Below, one piece after another: positions 29,630 to 39,006 of a stretch of DNA of 64,000 nt. This stretch comes from an uncultured Candidatus Rokubacteria bacterium (GTDB taxonomy: Bacteria > Methylomirabilota > Methylomirabilia > Rokubacteriales > DASRDR01), in NCBI GenBank assembly GCA_963708025.1, contig CAVPSB010000002.1:96001-160000 (forward strand), given 5' to 3'. Position 1 is the stretch's first letter. Each line of letters starts with the position of its first letter. The position numbers were made by a program, and so were the translations under genes. A model generated the notes under the pieces. That model worked only from the letters and a program-made list of their open reading frames with translations. It was not told the DNA's origin and did not search any database.

Positions 29630-30766
29630 ATGGTGGAGGGCACGCGATGGCTGCTCACACCGCACACTCGAGCAAAGCACCTCATCCTGAAGCGACACCT
29701 CGATGCGTGGCTGCCTATCATGACGCAGGTCAACTCGGAGTTGCTGTTCATTGACGGCTTCGCGGGCCCTGGTCGGTATGAAGGAGGCGAGGACGGTTCG
29801 CCAATCATCGCACTAAAGGCGGCGGTACTCAACGAGAGGTTTCGACGGCAGCCGCCAAGCTGCACGATTCAGTTCGTCTTCATCGAAGAAGACTCTTCCC
29901 GGGTTGCATCGTTACGTGACGAAGTGATCGCCTTCACGACGAGCCACCCGCTGCCATCGTGGGTGACATGTGACGTAGAGCATGCGGAGTTCGCATCCTA
30001 CCTGAGTGAAGAATTCGATAGGCTCGCCCGAGACGGGTCCCGCCCGCCATCGACCTTTGCGTTCGTCGATCCCTTCGGATATTCGGGGTTCCCGATGAGC
30101 CTGATTGCTCGAATTAGAGAGATCCCGAGTTCGGAATGCCTCATCAACTTTGCCTATCGGTCAATGAATCGATGGGTCGCCGACGATCCAACTCGCCAGG
30201 CCCTGCTCGATGACCTCTTTGGTAGTCCTGCCTGGCGGACGTTCTGGGGCAACGAGCGCGCCCTGGTAGACTTCTACGTAAGCCAACTTCATGACCGCGC
30301 CGCCTTCAAGTACGTCCGCACATTTCGGATGAAGGGGGATCTGGACATCACCGAATATTTCCTGGCATTCGCCACCAACAGCACTCGTGGCCTCAGTGTC
30401 TTCAAGCAGGCGGCCTGGAAAGCCGATCCGGCCAGTGGCAGCGTGTTCTCTGACGCATCTGACCCGAACCAACTGTTCCTGGTCGAGCCGTTACCGCCGC
30501 TGCGTGATCTCCTGCTGGCTCGGTTTGGTGGGGGCGAGTGGGTTGATATTGGCCTGGTCGAGGAATACGTGCTGGTGGAGACCGATTACTCTGAGAAGAG
30601 TCATCTCAAGAAGCGCACCCTCGGGCCGATGGAGCGTGAGGGCCCAGGCGTGCTGGACGCTCGGCGACCGCCCAACACCCGAAAGCGCATTGGCGAGTAC
30701 CCCACTGGGACGCTTCTGCGCTTTGGCGACGGCGGCTCCAGCGACTGTGGACAACTGCGTTTGTGA
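29630..30766 (+). CDS. tcmP: three-Cys-motif partner protein TcmP (methyltransferase-like fold)
   Basis: HTRAKHLIL...FIDGFAGPG...GSP...FAFVDPFG motifs, directly downstream of DUF5131. Confidence 0.85.
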   Translation: MVEGTRWLLTPHTRAKHLILKRHLDAWLPIMTQVNSELLFIDGFAGPGRYEGGEDGSPIIALKAAVLNERFRRQPPSCTIQFVFIEEDSSRVASLRDEVIAFTTSHPLPSWVTCDVEHAEFASYLSEEFDRLARDGSRPPSTFAFVDPFGYSGFPMSLIARIREIPSSECLINFAYRSMNRWVADDPTRQALLDDLFGSPAWRTFWGNERALVDFYVSQLHDRAAFKYVRTFRMKGDLDITEYFLAFATNSTRGLSVFKQAAWKADPASGSVFSDASDPNQLFLVEPLPPLRDLLLARFGGGEWVDIGLVEEYVLVETDYSEKSHLKKRTLGPMEREGPGVLDARRPPNTRKRIGEYPTGTLLRFGDGGSSDCGQLRL

Positions 30767-30795
30767 GCCGCCCAAAGACTCTCTCGATAGCCGGG

Positions 30796-31240
30796 TCACT
30801 CCGTTCCGCCGTTCGAGCGTAGGGTGTCGGCCGCCTTCCGCCAATCCTCGAGGGTGGCGTCGGAGAACCGCACCCACTGGCCCTTCGTGCCCCCCACGGC
30901 GCAGCCGAGCGGCGTGAGGCCGTGCTTGGTCCGCTGGCTGGGCTGGGAGCCGGCCTCCAGCAGAACGGCCACGACGTCCGGGCGGCCGAAGAATGCCGCC
31001 CAGCAGAGGGCGATGGCGCCGTTCTCCGCGTCCAGTAGCGACACCTCCGCCCCGTGCCGCAGGAGCACTCGGGCGGCGTCCGCCTGACCGAACTCGGCGG
31101 CGACGTGGAGCGGAAAGGAAGCTCTCGGATCCGTCTCGCTCACGGAAGTTCGCCAGGTTCCTGTTCTCCGCGAGCAGCGCTTCGAGGCTTCCGAGGTCGC
31201 CGCGCCTGACCGCGTCGTGCAGGTTCGTGACGCTCGACAT
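30796..31240 (-). CDS. ankyrin repeat protein (frameshift near 31146)
   Basis: LHDAVRRGD in one frame, continuing PLHVAAEFGQ...WAAFFGRPDVV...GLTPLGCA in the other. Confidence 0.8.
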
Positions 31241-31253
31241 CGGTCCTCCGGTG

Positions 31254-31799
31254 CTACCGGGGCGCCAGCGTGTGCGGCTCGACGACGCCCGACAGGGTCT
31301 CTCCACCGATCGTGAGATAGAGGTGGCGGTCGGTGACCGAGAGGCTGAACGCCATCCGGCGCTCCAGGCGCGCCACCAGCTCCGCCAGGAGCTGGCGATC
31401 GACGCCGTAGAACTCCAGCGCCTCGGCCCGGTGGATGCGCTCGCCGGCGAGCTGGCGGAGGAGCTGCCCGGGATCCTTGTGGGTGTACACGACCACCCGC
31501 CGAGCGGCCTTGCTCGCCCGGTGGAGCCGGGCGGCGTCTGGTGAGCCGACGTCGATCCAGGCCCGGAGCGCTCCGGTCAGATCGCGCACGGCGAGCGCCG
31601 GCTCGTCCGGGTCGGCCAGCCCCCGCGAGAAGCCGAGTCCTTCACCGAACTCGAGGCAGTAAGCGAGCACGCGCGTGAGCAGGTACTCTGCGGTCTCCGA
31701 CGGGTGTCGGGCGACGCGGAGGGCGATCGTCTCGTAGACGCCGCGGTCAACGTCGGCGAGCTGGATGTCGAACGTGTAGATCGTCGCGGTGAGCGTCAC
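31254..31799 (-). CDS. yaeQ: YaeQ family protein
   Basis: TATIY...LADVDRGVY...ARHPSET...AWIDVG...RLHRASK motifs. Confidence 0.85.
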   Translation of the reverse strand: MTLTATIYTFDIQLADVDRGVYETIALRVARHPSETAEYLLTRVLAYCLEFGEGLGFSRGLADPDEPALAVRDLTGALRAWIDVGSPDAARLHRASKAARRVVVYTHKDPGQLLRQLAGERIHRAEALEFYGVDRQLLAELVARLERRMAFSLSVTDRHLYLTIGGETLSGVVEPHTLAPR

Positions 31800-32019
31800 G
31801 GGGGGGCCGGACCGCGGACGCGAGGGCCAGCGTGCATTCCCGAAGGATAGCACCCGCGTCCAGCTCGCGCTCGGTCCCCGCCCGCCGAGTGAGTGGCCGG
31901 GCCCGGTGCTCGCGCGGAGCGTGATAGGCTGGGACGGCCCGGAAGCGTCCACGCGCGTGGGCCTCCGGCGGCGGGGGGCCCGGAGCTCACGCGGTCTGAA
32001 CATCGACGGAACCGGATGC

Positions 32020-32094
32020 ATGACCGTCCTCGACCTGAACCTCCTGGGCGACGCGCTGCGGGACGCCCTCGATCCCCGGCTCCGCCAGGTGTAG
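32020..32094 (+). pseudogene. orphan 3' end of a DppC-type ABC permease
   Basis: TVLDLNLLGDALRDALDPRLRQV* is the DppC C-terminal signature (compare 10650-10703), with no upstream permease sequence. Confidence 0.7.
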
Positions 32095-32107
32095 GAGAAC
32101 GCCATCG

Positions 32108-34441
32108 ATGACGACGCCCATCAGCCGTGAGTCCCTGTCGCAATCGCTGCCGGACCTGCGCGGACCGGTGCGGGTCCCAGGCCTCGGCGCGGGCGCCGAG
32201 GTCTGGCGCGATCCCGAGGGCGTCCCGCACGTCCGGGCCGCCTCGGTCCACGACGCGTTCCTGGCCCAGGGCTTCGTCCACGCCCAGGACCGGCTCTGGC
32301 ACATGGAGTACGACCGGCGGCGCGCCGCCGGGCGCTGGGCGGAGTGCGCCGGACCCTCGGCGGTCGCCCAGGACGTCCAGATGCGCCGCTTCCGCCTGGT
32401 GGAGAGCGCCCGGGCGGACTACGCGGCCGTCGACGCCGAGACCCGCGCGATGCTCGATGCCTACGCGGCCGGCGTCAATGCCTTCCTCGGCACGACGGCG
32501 AGCTGGCCGATCGAGCTGAGTCTCCTGGGCGCCACCCCCGAGCCCTGGCAGCCGTGGGACAGCCTGGCCGTCTTCAAGGTGCGCCACGTGCTGATGGGCG
32601 TCTGGCAGACCAAGGCGTGGCGCGCGCGGCTGCTCCGGCACCTTGGGCCGGCCCGCACGGCCGAGCTGTGCCCGGGCACCCAGCCGAACCCGATGCTCAT
32701 CGTCCCGCCGGGCGTCGAGTACCGTGGGCCCGCCACCGACGGCCTCCACGAGCTGACGGCCGGCGAGGCGGCGGTCGCGCACCTGCCGGAGTGGGAGAGC
32801 GGCAGCAACAACTGGGCGCTGAGCGGCGAGCGGACCGCCTCCGGCAAGCCGCTGGTTGCCGGCGATCCCCACCGCCCCCTCGACGTCCCCAACGTCTACT
32901 ATCAGAACCACGTCGCCTGTCCCGAGTTCGACGCCCTCGGGCTCTCGTTCCCCGGCGTCCCCGGTTTCCCGCACTTCGGCCACAATCGGGCCGTGGCCTG
33001 GTGCGTGACCCACACGGCCGCCGACTACCAGGACCTCTTCATCGAGCGCTTCGATCCCGCCGACCCGTCGCGCTACGAGTTCCGTGGCGAGTGGCGGCGG
33101 GCGGAGATCACGCGGGAGACCATCCGCGTGCGCGACGGCGCGCCGGTGGAGATCGACGTCGTCGTCACGGGCCACGGCCCCATCGTGCTCGGCGAGCCCC
33201 GGCAGGGCTACGCGATGGCCTTCCGCTACACCGCCACCGCGGCGCCCAACCGGACCGCCGAGGCCTTCCTGTCGATGCTGCGGGCGGCGACCGCCGACGA
33301 GCTGGAGGCCGCCATGCGGCCGTGGGTGGACCCGGTCAACAACTTCGTCTTCGCCGACATCCGCGGCGCGATCGGCTACAAGACCCGCGGCGAGGTGCCG
33401 ATCCGGTCGATGGCCAACGCCTGGCTGCCGGTCCCCGGCTGGGACGGCGCTCACGAGTGGCAGGGGGCGATCCCGTTCGAGGAGCTGCCCGCCGTGCGGA
33501 ACCCGGCGGTCGGCTTCGTCGCCACCGCCAACAGCCGCGTGGCGGACGCCGACTACCCCCACTACATCGGCCTCGACTTCGCGTCCGACTTCCGGACCCG
33601 GCGGCTCGTCGAGCGCCTCCGGGGCCTCCGCGGCGCCACGGTGGCCGACATGGTCGCCATCCACCGGGACCGCGTCTCGATCCCGGCCCGCGAGCTCGCC
33701 GAGATCCTGCGGGACGTCGCGGTGGCCGAGGCCGAGGTGAAGGAGGCGCGCGAGGTCCTGCTCGCCTGGGACGGCACCATGGAGCGGGAGGCGGTGGCGC
33801 CGACGATCTACGCGGTGTTCCGCGAGCGGCTGCTCCGTGACCTGATGGTGCCGATCCTCGGCCCCCTCGCCGCCGAGGCCTTCGCCGGCGCCCCCCGCGG
33901 CGCGGTCGCCCACATGGCGCGTCTGCGCGCGCGGCTCGGCGAGTGGATCCGGCGGGACGACCGGCGCTTCCTGCCGCCCGGTGCGGAATGGCCGGCGGTC
34001 CTGGCGCGGGCCCTGGCCGGGGCGGTCGCCGAGCTGCGAGAGCGACTCGGCCCCGACATGGCGCGCTGGCAGTGGGGGCGGATCCACGTGACCCGGCCTC
34101 AGCACCCCCTGTCGCTGCTTCGCCCCGAGTGGGCGCCGGCGCTCGATCCCCCGTCGGTCTCGATGGGCGGGGACGGGGAGACCGTCCAGAACACGTCCTT
34201 CATCGCCACGGCCGGCTACGCGATCACCGCGACCTCGGTCGCCCGCTACGCCTTCGACCTCGCCGACTGGGAGCGGAGCGGCTGGGTCGTGCCGCTCGGC
34301 GTCTCGGGGCATCCCGGGAGTACCCACTACGCCGATCAAATCCCAGCCTGGCAGGATGGCCGGCTCCTGCCGATGCGCTACGATTGGGAGCGGATCCGCC
34401 GCGAGGCCGAGACGCATCAGGTCCTGGCCCCGGCGGTGTGA
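32108..34441 (+). CDS. penicillin acylase family (Ntn) amidase
   Basis: GVPHVRA, QGFVHAQDRLW, GSNNWA autocleavage site, AGDPH and TANSR motifs. Confidence 0.92.
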   Translation: MTTPISRESLSQSLPDLRGPVRVPGLGAGAEVWRDPEGVPHVRAASVHDAFLAQGFVHAQDRLWHMEYDRRRAAGRWAECAGPSAVAQDVQMRRFRLVESARADYAAVDAETRAMLDAYAAGVNAFLGTTASWPIELSLLGATPEPWQPWDSLAVFKVRHVLMGVWQTKAWRARLLRHLGPARTAELCPGTQPNPMLIVPPGVEYRGPATDGLHELTAGEAAVAHLPEWESGSNNWALSGERTASGKPLVAGDPHRPLDVPNVYYQNHVACPEFDALGLSFPGVPGFPHFGHNRAVAWCVTHTAADYQDLFIERFDPADPSRYEFRGEWRRAEITRETIRVRDGAPVEIDVVVTGHGPIVLGEPRQGYAMAFRYTATAAPNRTAEAFLSMLRAATADELEAAMRPWVDPVNNFVFADIRGAIGYKTRGEVPIRSMANAWLPVPGWDGAHEWQGAIPFEELPAVRNPAVGFVATANSRVADADYPHYIGLDFASDFRTRRLVERLRGLRGATVADMVAIHRDRVSIPARELAEILRDVAVAEAEVKEAREVLLAWDGTMEREAVAPTIYAVFRERLLRDLMVPILGPLAAEAFAGAPRGAVAHMARLRARLGEWIRRDDRRFLPPGAEWPAVLARALAGAVAELRERLGPDMARWQWGRIHVTRPQHPLSLLRPEWAPALDPPSVSMGGDGETVQNTSFIATAGYAITATSVARYAFDLADWERSGWVVPLGVSGHPGSTHYADQIPAWQDGRLLPMRYDWERIRREAETHQVLAPAV

Positions 34442-34454
34442 AGGAGGGACCGGG

Positions 34455-34814
34455 ATGATCACGAGCGGCGCTGCCACCGTCATGGTCTCGAACATGGACC
34501 GCGCGGTCAACTTCTACACACGGGTGCTGGGCCTGAAGCTCATGACCCGGGCCGGGTCCGACTGGGCCGAGGTCGAGACCCCGGGGCTCACCATCGGGCT
34601 CCACCTGGCGGGCCACGGCCCGACGCCCGGCGCCCAGGGGGCCATCTCGATCGGCTTCGATGTCGCCGGCTCCCTCGAGACGGCGATGGCGACGCTCCGG
34701 GAGCGTGGCGTGCGGTTCGAGGGCCCGGTCGTCGACAACCCGCAGGTGAAGCTCGCCTTCTTCGGCGACCCCGACGGCAACGCGCTCTATCTCTGCGAGG
34801 TCAAGCATCACTAG
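34455..34814 (+). CDS. VOC/glyoxalase family protein
   Basis: VSNMDRAVNFYTRVLG...FFGDPDGN motifs. Confidence 0.85.
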   Translation: MITSGAATVMVSNMDRAVNFYTRVLGLKLMTRAGSDWAEVETPGLTIGLHLAGHGPTPGAQGAISIGFDVAGSLETAMATLRERGVRFEGPVVDNPQVKLAFFGDPDGNALYLCEVKHH

Positions 34815-34815
34815 C

Positions 34816-35125
34816 AACATCGCGCGGACGGACATGGACGTCCACCCCAAGGAGCGCAAGGCCGGCGTCATCGGCCAGCGCCCCGAGGACCGGGCGCTGC
34901 TCGAGCGGATCCTGGGCCGGAAGCTCGTGGACCTCGGCCGCGCCCTCGACCCGGACAACGACCGGCTCTTCACCTGGTGGGCACCCTGGCGCAACCTCCG
35001 CCAGCGGAACATCGGCTGACAGCTCGACTACGTCCTGGCCAGCGAGCCGATCGCCCGCCGCGCCGCCGGCTGTGTGGTCCAGGCGGAGGTGGGGACCAGC
35101 GACTACGCGCCGGTCGTCGCGACGT
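34816..35125 (+). pseudogene. exodeoxyribonuclease III (xth) C-terminal remnant
   Basis: NIARTDMDVH...FTWWAPWRNLRQRNIG*QLDYVLAS...SDYAPV. The N-terminal half is missing, there is a Trp->TGA stop at 35017, and catalytic SDH is changed to SDY. Confidence 0.8.
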
Positions 35126-35170
35126 CGCGCCGGAGCCTCCACGACCTGAGAGGGTGTGAATCAATCAATC

Positions 35171-35260
35171 GGGTCCTCCGGCCCCCCCTCCCCCCAGCCA
35201 AAGGCCGAAGGCCGTCGAACGGTGGGGGAGGGGGGTTGGGGGGAGGGCGGGAGGTCCCGA
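35171..35260 (-). repeat. short REP/MITE-like element, copy E
   Basis: GGGTCCTCC...CCAAAGGCCGAAGGCCGTC...G-tracts...GGGAGGTCCC, with imperfect terminal IRs. Confidence 0.8.
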
Positions 35261-35366
35261 CCTGAAGTCGCGGCCGGCTCGTCCGGCCCGGGCTGTCCCG
35301 TCTGCTGGTACACCCCGATGGCGCCATCATGCGGCCTCTGGCACTGTTCGTTCCGGAGATCACCGC

Positions 35367-35678
35367 ATGATGCGCGCCGTTCTGCTGGTCAGCCTCGGCC
35401 TCGGCTTCGTGGGCGTGCCCCACACGGTCTGGCTGGTCGTGCTCGCGCTCCTCCTCACCGCGGTCTTCGGTCTGCCGGACTGGCGGGGGCTGAGCAAGCG
35501 TTCACCCGTCCTCGCCGTCCGCATCCGGCCTACGGGCGCCCACCACTTCCACTACTGCGCCGCCTGCGACGCCCAGTGGCTCCATCCCGGGGAGAGCACC
35601 GGCTGCACGCAGCACTGGGCGCTCCGCTGCCCGCGCTGCGCCCCGCTCTCGCCCCGGGACGAGCGACGGGTCGCCTGA
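35367..35678 (+). CDS. small membrane protein with Cys/His-rich C-terminal domain
   Basis: Two hydrophobic segments followed by HHFHYCAACDAQWLH...CTQHWALRCPRC. Confidence 0.55.
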   Translation: MMRAVLLVSLGLGFVGVPHTVWLVVLALLLTAVFGLPDWRGLSKRSPVLAVRIRPTGAHHFHYCAACDAQWLHPGESTGCTQHWALRCPRCAPLSPRDERRVA

Positions 35679-35840
35679 TCACGCCGGCCGCCGAGCGGCC
35701 GCTCCGTCCGCCCCGTCCGGAAATCGACCGCGCTGGCACGGAAGGCTCTCCCGGGCGATAATGTCGGCAGCATCGGCCGCGGTCGGGCGGCCGAATCCCC
35801 CCGTCGGTCCCAGGCGTCCCATCGGGCGAGGAGGTGCGAC

Positions 35841-36320
35841 ATGGCACTGAACATCGGTCTCACCGGCAAGAATCAGGGGGCCGTGGTGGCCATCCTGAAC
35901 ACCGTCCTGTCCGACGAGTACGTGCTCTACACCAAGACCCGCAACTACCACTGGAACGTCGTTGGCCCGCAGTTCAACGACCTCCACAAGTTCTTCGAGG
36001 CCCAGTACGAGGCCCTGGACGAGGTCGTGGACGACGTCGCCGAGCGGGCGCGCTCACTCGGCGGCAACGCCCTGGGGACGCTGGCCGAATTCACGCGGCA
36101 CACCCGGCTCAAGGAAAAAGTCGGCGAGTATCCGAACGCCCGCGCGATGCTCGCCGACCTGCTGGCCGACCACGAGACGCTGATCCGACAGCTTCGCGCG
36201 GATCTCGACGTGGTGATGGACAAGCATCACGACGCCGGCACCAGCGACTTCCTGACCGGCCTGATGGAGAAGCACGAGAAGATGGCGTGGATGCTGCGCG
36301 CGTTCCAGGAGGGGAGCTGA
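35841..36320 (+). CDS. dps: DNA starvation/stationary phase protection protein Dps
   Basis: KTRNYHWNVVGPQFNDLHKFFE...DDVAER...HEKMAWML motifs. Confidence 0.95.
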   Translation: MALNIGLTGKNQGAVVAILNTVLSDEYVLYTKTRNYHWNVVGPQFNDLHKFFEAQYEALDEVVDDVAERARSLGGNALGTLAEFTRHTRLKEKVGEYPNARAMLADLLADHETLIRQLRADLDVVMDKHHDAGTSDFLTGLMEKHEKMAWMLRAFQEGS

Positions 36321-36350
36321 CGCGACGCCGGTCCATACCGGGCGCGTGAC

Positions 36351-36384
36351 GACCCCCCGGCCCCGCCGGGGGGTCTTTCGTTCT
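36351..36384 (+). terminator. intrinsic terminator after dps
   Basis: 10-bp stem GACCCCCCGG/CCGGGGGGTC followed by TTTCGTTCT. Confidence 0.6.
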
Positions 36385-36419
36385 CGCCGAGGGCGGGCTT
36401 CGAGAACCGGTCGGGCGGG

Positions 36420-36845
36420 CTACAGGCTCCGCTTCCGGCCGCGCAGGCCCCGGCGGCTGCCCTTGGTCTTGAAGGGCTTGCCGCGCGGCGCCGGCCGCAG
36501 GCCCCCGCCCCCGCCCCCGCCGAACGGATAGCCGCCTCCGCCGCCGTCCCCGGGCGGGCCCTCGAACGACCGGGGCGGCCGGGGACCTTCGGCGCGACGG
36601 CGGTCGTCGGCCATGTTGATCGTGAGCTTCCGGCCGCCCAGCTCGCGCGAGTTGAAGAGCCTGATCGCCTCGCTCGCCTCGGCCTCGCTCGTGAACTCCA
36701 CGAAGGCGAAGCCGCGCGGACGGCCGGTCTCCCGGTCGGTCGGGAGGCTCACCGCGACGATCTGCCCGGCCGGAGCCAGCAGGGCGGAAAGCTCGTCCCG
36801 GGTCGTCTGGTAGCTCAGGTTGCCGACGAAGATGCGGGCTGCGAT
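36420..36845 (-). CDS. RRM RNA-binding protein, probable ATC start
   Basis: RNP2 IFVGNL lies upstream of the first GTG, RNP1 is RGFAFVEF, and AGGAGG sits 6 nt before the ATC at 36845. Confidence 0.85.
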   Translation of the reverse strand: MAARIFVGNLSYQTTRDELSALLAPAGQIVAVSLPTDRETGRPRGFAFVEFTSEAEASEAIRLFNSRELGGRKLTINMADDRRRAEGPRPPRSFEGPPGDGGGGGYPFGGGGGGGLRPAPRGKPFKTKGSRRGLRGRKRSL

Positions 36846-36964
36846 GGCGCGCCTCCTTCCTGTCTGACCCCCCGTGACCTCACCTCCCGGTCGCCCGGGG
36901 TCGGGTCACGGCCTGTGTTCCCGTACGGACAGCTTCTCACGACGACCGGCCCCCGGGGGTTAAT

Positions 36965-38153
36965 TTATCGGGGACGCCAGGACCGGGCTCGTCCGGTCCC
37001 GGCGCCCGCCGCAACCGCGGCGGCCGCCGGACGGTAGTCGAACCCCGCCAGCGTGACGCGCGTGATCCGCCCCCCCACCGACCGCTCGATCACCCGGAGG
37101 TCGGCCTCTTCCTCGGGGGCGACCAGCGTGAGCGCGTCGCCGGTCGCGCTGGCGCGTGCCGTGCGCCCGACGCGATGCACGTAGTCCTCGGTCGCGGGCG
37201 GCACGTCGAAGTTGACCACGTGGCTCAACGCGGGGATGTCGATCCCGCGGGCCGCGATGTCGGTCGCCACCAGCACGCGGAACCGCCCGTCCTTGAAGCC
37301 GGCCAGGGCCTGCGTCCGCTGGGCCTGGCTGCGGTTGCTGTGGATCCGGGCCACCGAGACGCCGTGCCGGTCCAGGAAGTCCGCGAGCCGGTTCGCCCGG
37401 TGCTTCGTCCGGGTGAAGGCGAGGACGCTCCGCACACCGGGCTGGCCCAGCAGCGCGACGAGGAGCGCCGACTTCAGCGGGGCCGGCACCGGATACGCGG
37501 CGTGGGTGATGCCCACCGCCGGCGCCGGCGGTCGCGCCACGTCGATCGCCACCGGGTCGCGCAGGACCTCGCCGGCGAGCGCCACGATCGGCGCGGGCAG
37601 CGTCGCCGAGTAGAGGAGCGTCTGGCGCCGCGCCGGAAGCCGGGCGAGGATCCGGCGAACGTCGGGCAGGAAGCCCATGTCGAGCATCCGGTCGGCCTCG
37701 TCCAGGACAAGGACCTCCAGGCCGGCCAGCCGGGCATAAGGGTACCGCAGATGGTCCAGCAGCCGGCCGGGCGTCGCGACCAGGATGTCGGCGCCCCGGC
37801 GGAGCGCCTCGACCTGCGGACTCATCGCGACGCCGCCGAAGATGGCGGCGCCACCGATCCGGGTGTGGCGGGCCAACCGGCGCCGCTCCTCGTCGATCTG
37901 CGCCGCCAGCTCCCGGGTGGGCGCCAGGACGAGGGCCCGGGTGACCCCGGGCTGCTTGCCGATCAGGCTTTGCAGGATTGGCAGCACGAAGGCGGCCGTC
38001 TTGCCACTGCCCGTCATGGCGCAGGCGAGGACGTCGCGGCCGGCGAGGGCCGGGGGGATGGCCTCCTTCTGGATCGGCGTCGGGACCGTGAAGCCGATCT
38101 CGTTGAACACCGCGCAGGAGGTCGGGGTGAAGGTCAAACGACGTGAACGACAT
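36965..38153 (-). CDS. DEAD-box RNA helicase (RhlE-like), frameshift near 38105
   Basis: Q motif PTPIQ, TGSGKT, PTRELA, DEAD, SAT, ARGID and HRVGRTAR motifs. The N-terminus MSFTSFDLHPDLL is in another frame. Confidence 0.9.
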
Positions 38154-38388
38154 GGCGAATGGGAATCCTCACCGGGCCCAACGGGGCCCGCTCAATCTTC
38201 CGTGGTGGTAGTGCTGGCGCGTCCCGACGTCGCGGAAGAGGCGGACAGGATGCGCGGTCTGAGCGGCCGAAGGCTCGGGAATCGAACCGACGCTCGAGTC
38301 AGACGTGAATGGACCGGCCACTGGACGGCAGGCCGCCGAGCCGGCCGGCGGCCGGGAAGAACCCCGGCGCCGGCGAGCGGGCGCCGCG

Positions 38389-38700
38389 TTACCAGCGGGG
38401 GGAGCGCCGCGGGCCGCCGCCGCCGCCGCCCGACCGGGACCCCCCACCGGCACCCGGCGAGTTCGCGACGTTCACCGTGAGCTTCCGGCCCTCGAAGGGC
38501 TGGTCGTTCAGCTTCGCGATCGCCTGCTGGGCTTCCTCGGCCGTCGCCATCTCGACGAAGCCGAAGCCGCGGGACTGCCCCGAGAACCGGTCGGTCACGA
38601 CGGCAGCGGACTCGACAGTGCCGCACTGGCCGAAGTACTCCCGTAGGCTCTCGGAGGTGGTCGAATAGGAAAGACCGCCAACGTACAACTTGGACGCCAT
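38389..38700 (-). CDS. RRM RNA-binding protein
   Basis: KLYVGGL, RGFGFVEM and a Gly-rich tail, with a GGAGG RBS. Confidence 0.92.
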   Translation of the reverse strand: MASKLYVGGLSYSTTSESLREYFGQCGTVESAAVVTDRFSGQSRGFGFVEMATAEEAQQAIAKLNDQPFEGRKLTVNVANSPGAGGGSRSGGGGGGPRRSPRW

Positions 38701-39006
38701 GGGGCGCCTCCCTGGAACCCCGGTCTGGCCGGGGGTAGACCTCTTCCGCACCTTGGTTCACGCCCCGGACACGCGGAAGAGCCTATCGGAGGCGAGGCCG
38801 GATTCGATGCGCTCGGTGGGCGCGGCAAATCGGCAGGACGCTCCGGAGTATAGCAGAGGCGGCGGCGATTGCCATCAGAGATTTCGCCCGCCCCGGCGCC
38901 GTGGCTTGACCGTCCGGTGTCCGAGCAGTACGGTCAGCGAGGAAGGAGGACGCTCCGTGTCCCGTCAGGATCCCGATCGACGGCGCCGTCGCGCGAGGAC
39001 GGCACC

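Noticed and set aside
31796-34510. Very long antisense/alternate-frame ORFs (e.g. 904 aa here, 942 aa at 48412-51240, 880 aa at 14313-16955)
   Set aside because: These are shadow ORFs expected at this GC content. They overlap well-supported genes and have no motifs.
35017-35019. In-frame TGA as selenocysteine or recoded Trp
   Set aside because: The position is a Trp in ExoIII, the gene is also truncated and lacks the catalytic His, and TGA is used as a normal stop throughout the window.
38270-38295. GGTTCGATTCCC (minus strand) resembling a tRNA T-loop
   Set aside because: No T-stem, D arm, anticodon arm or acceptor stem could be assembled around it.
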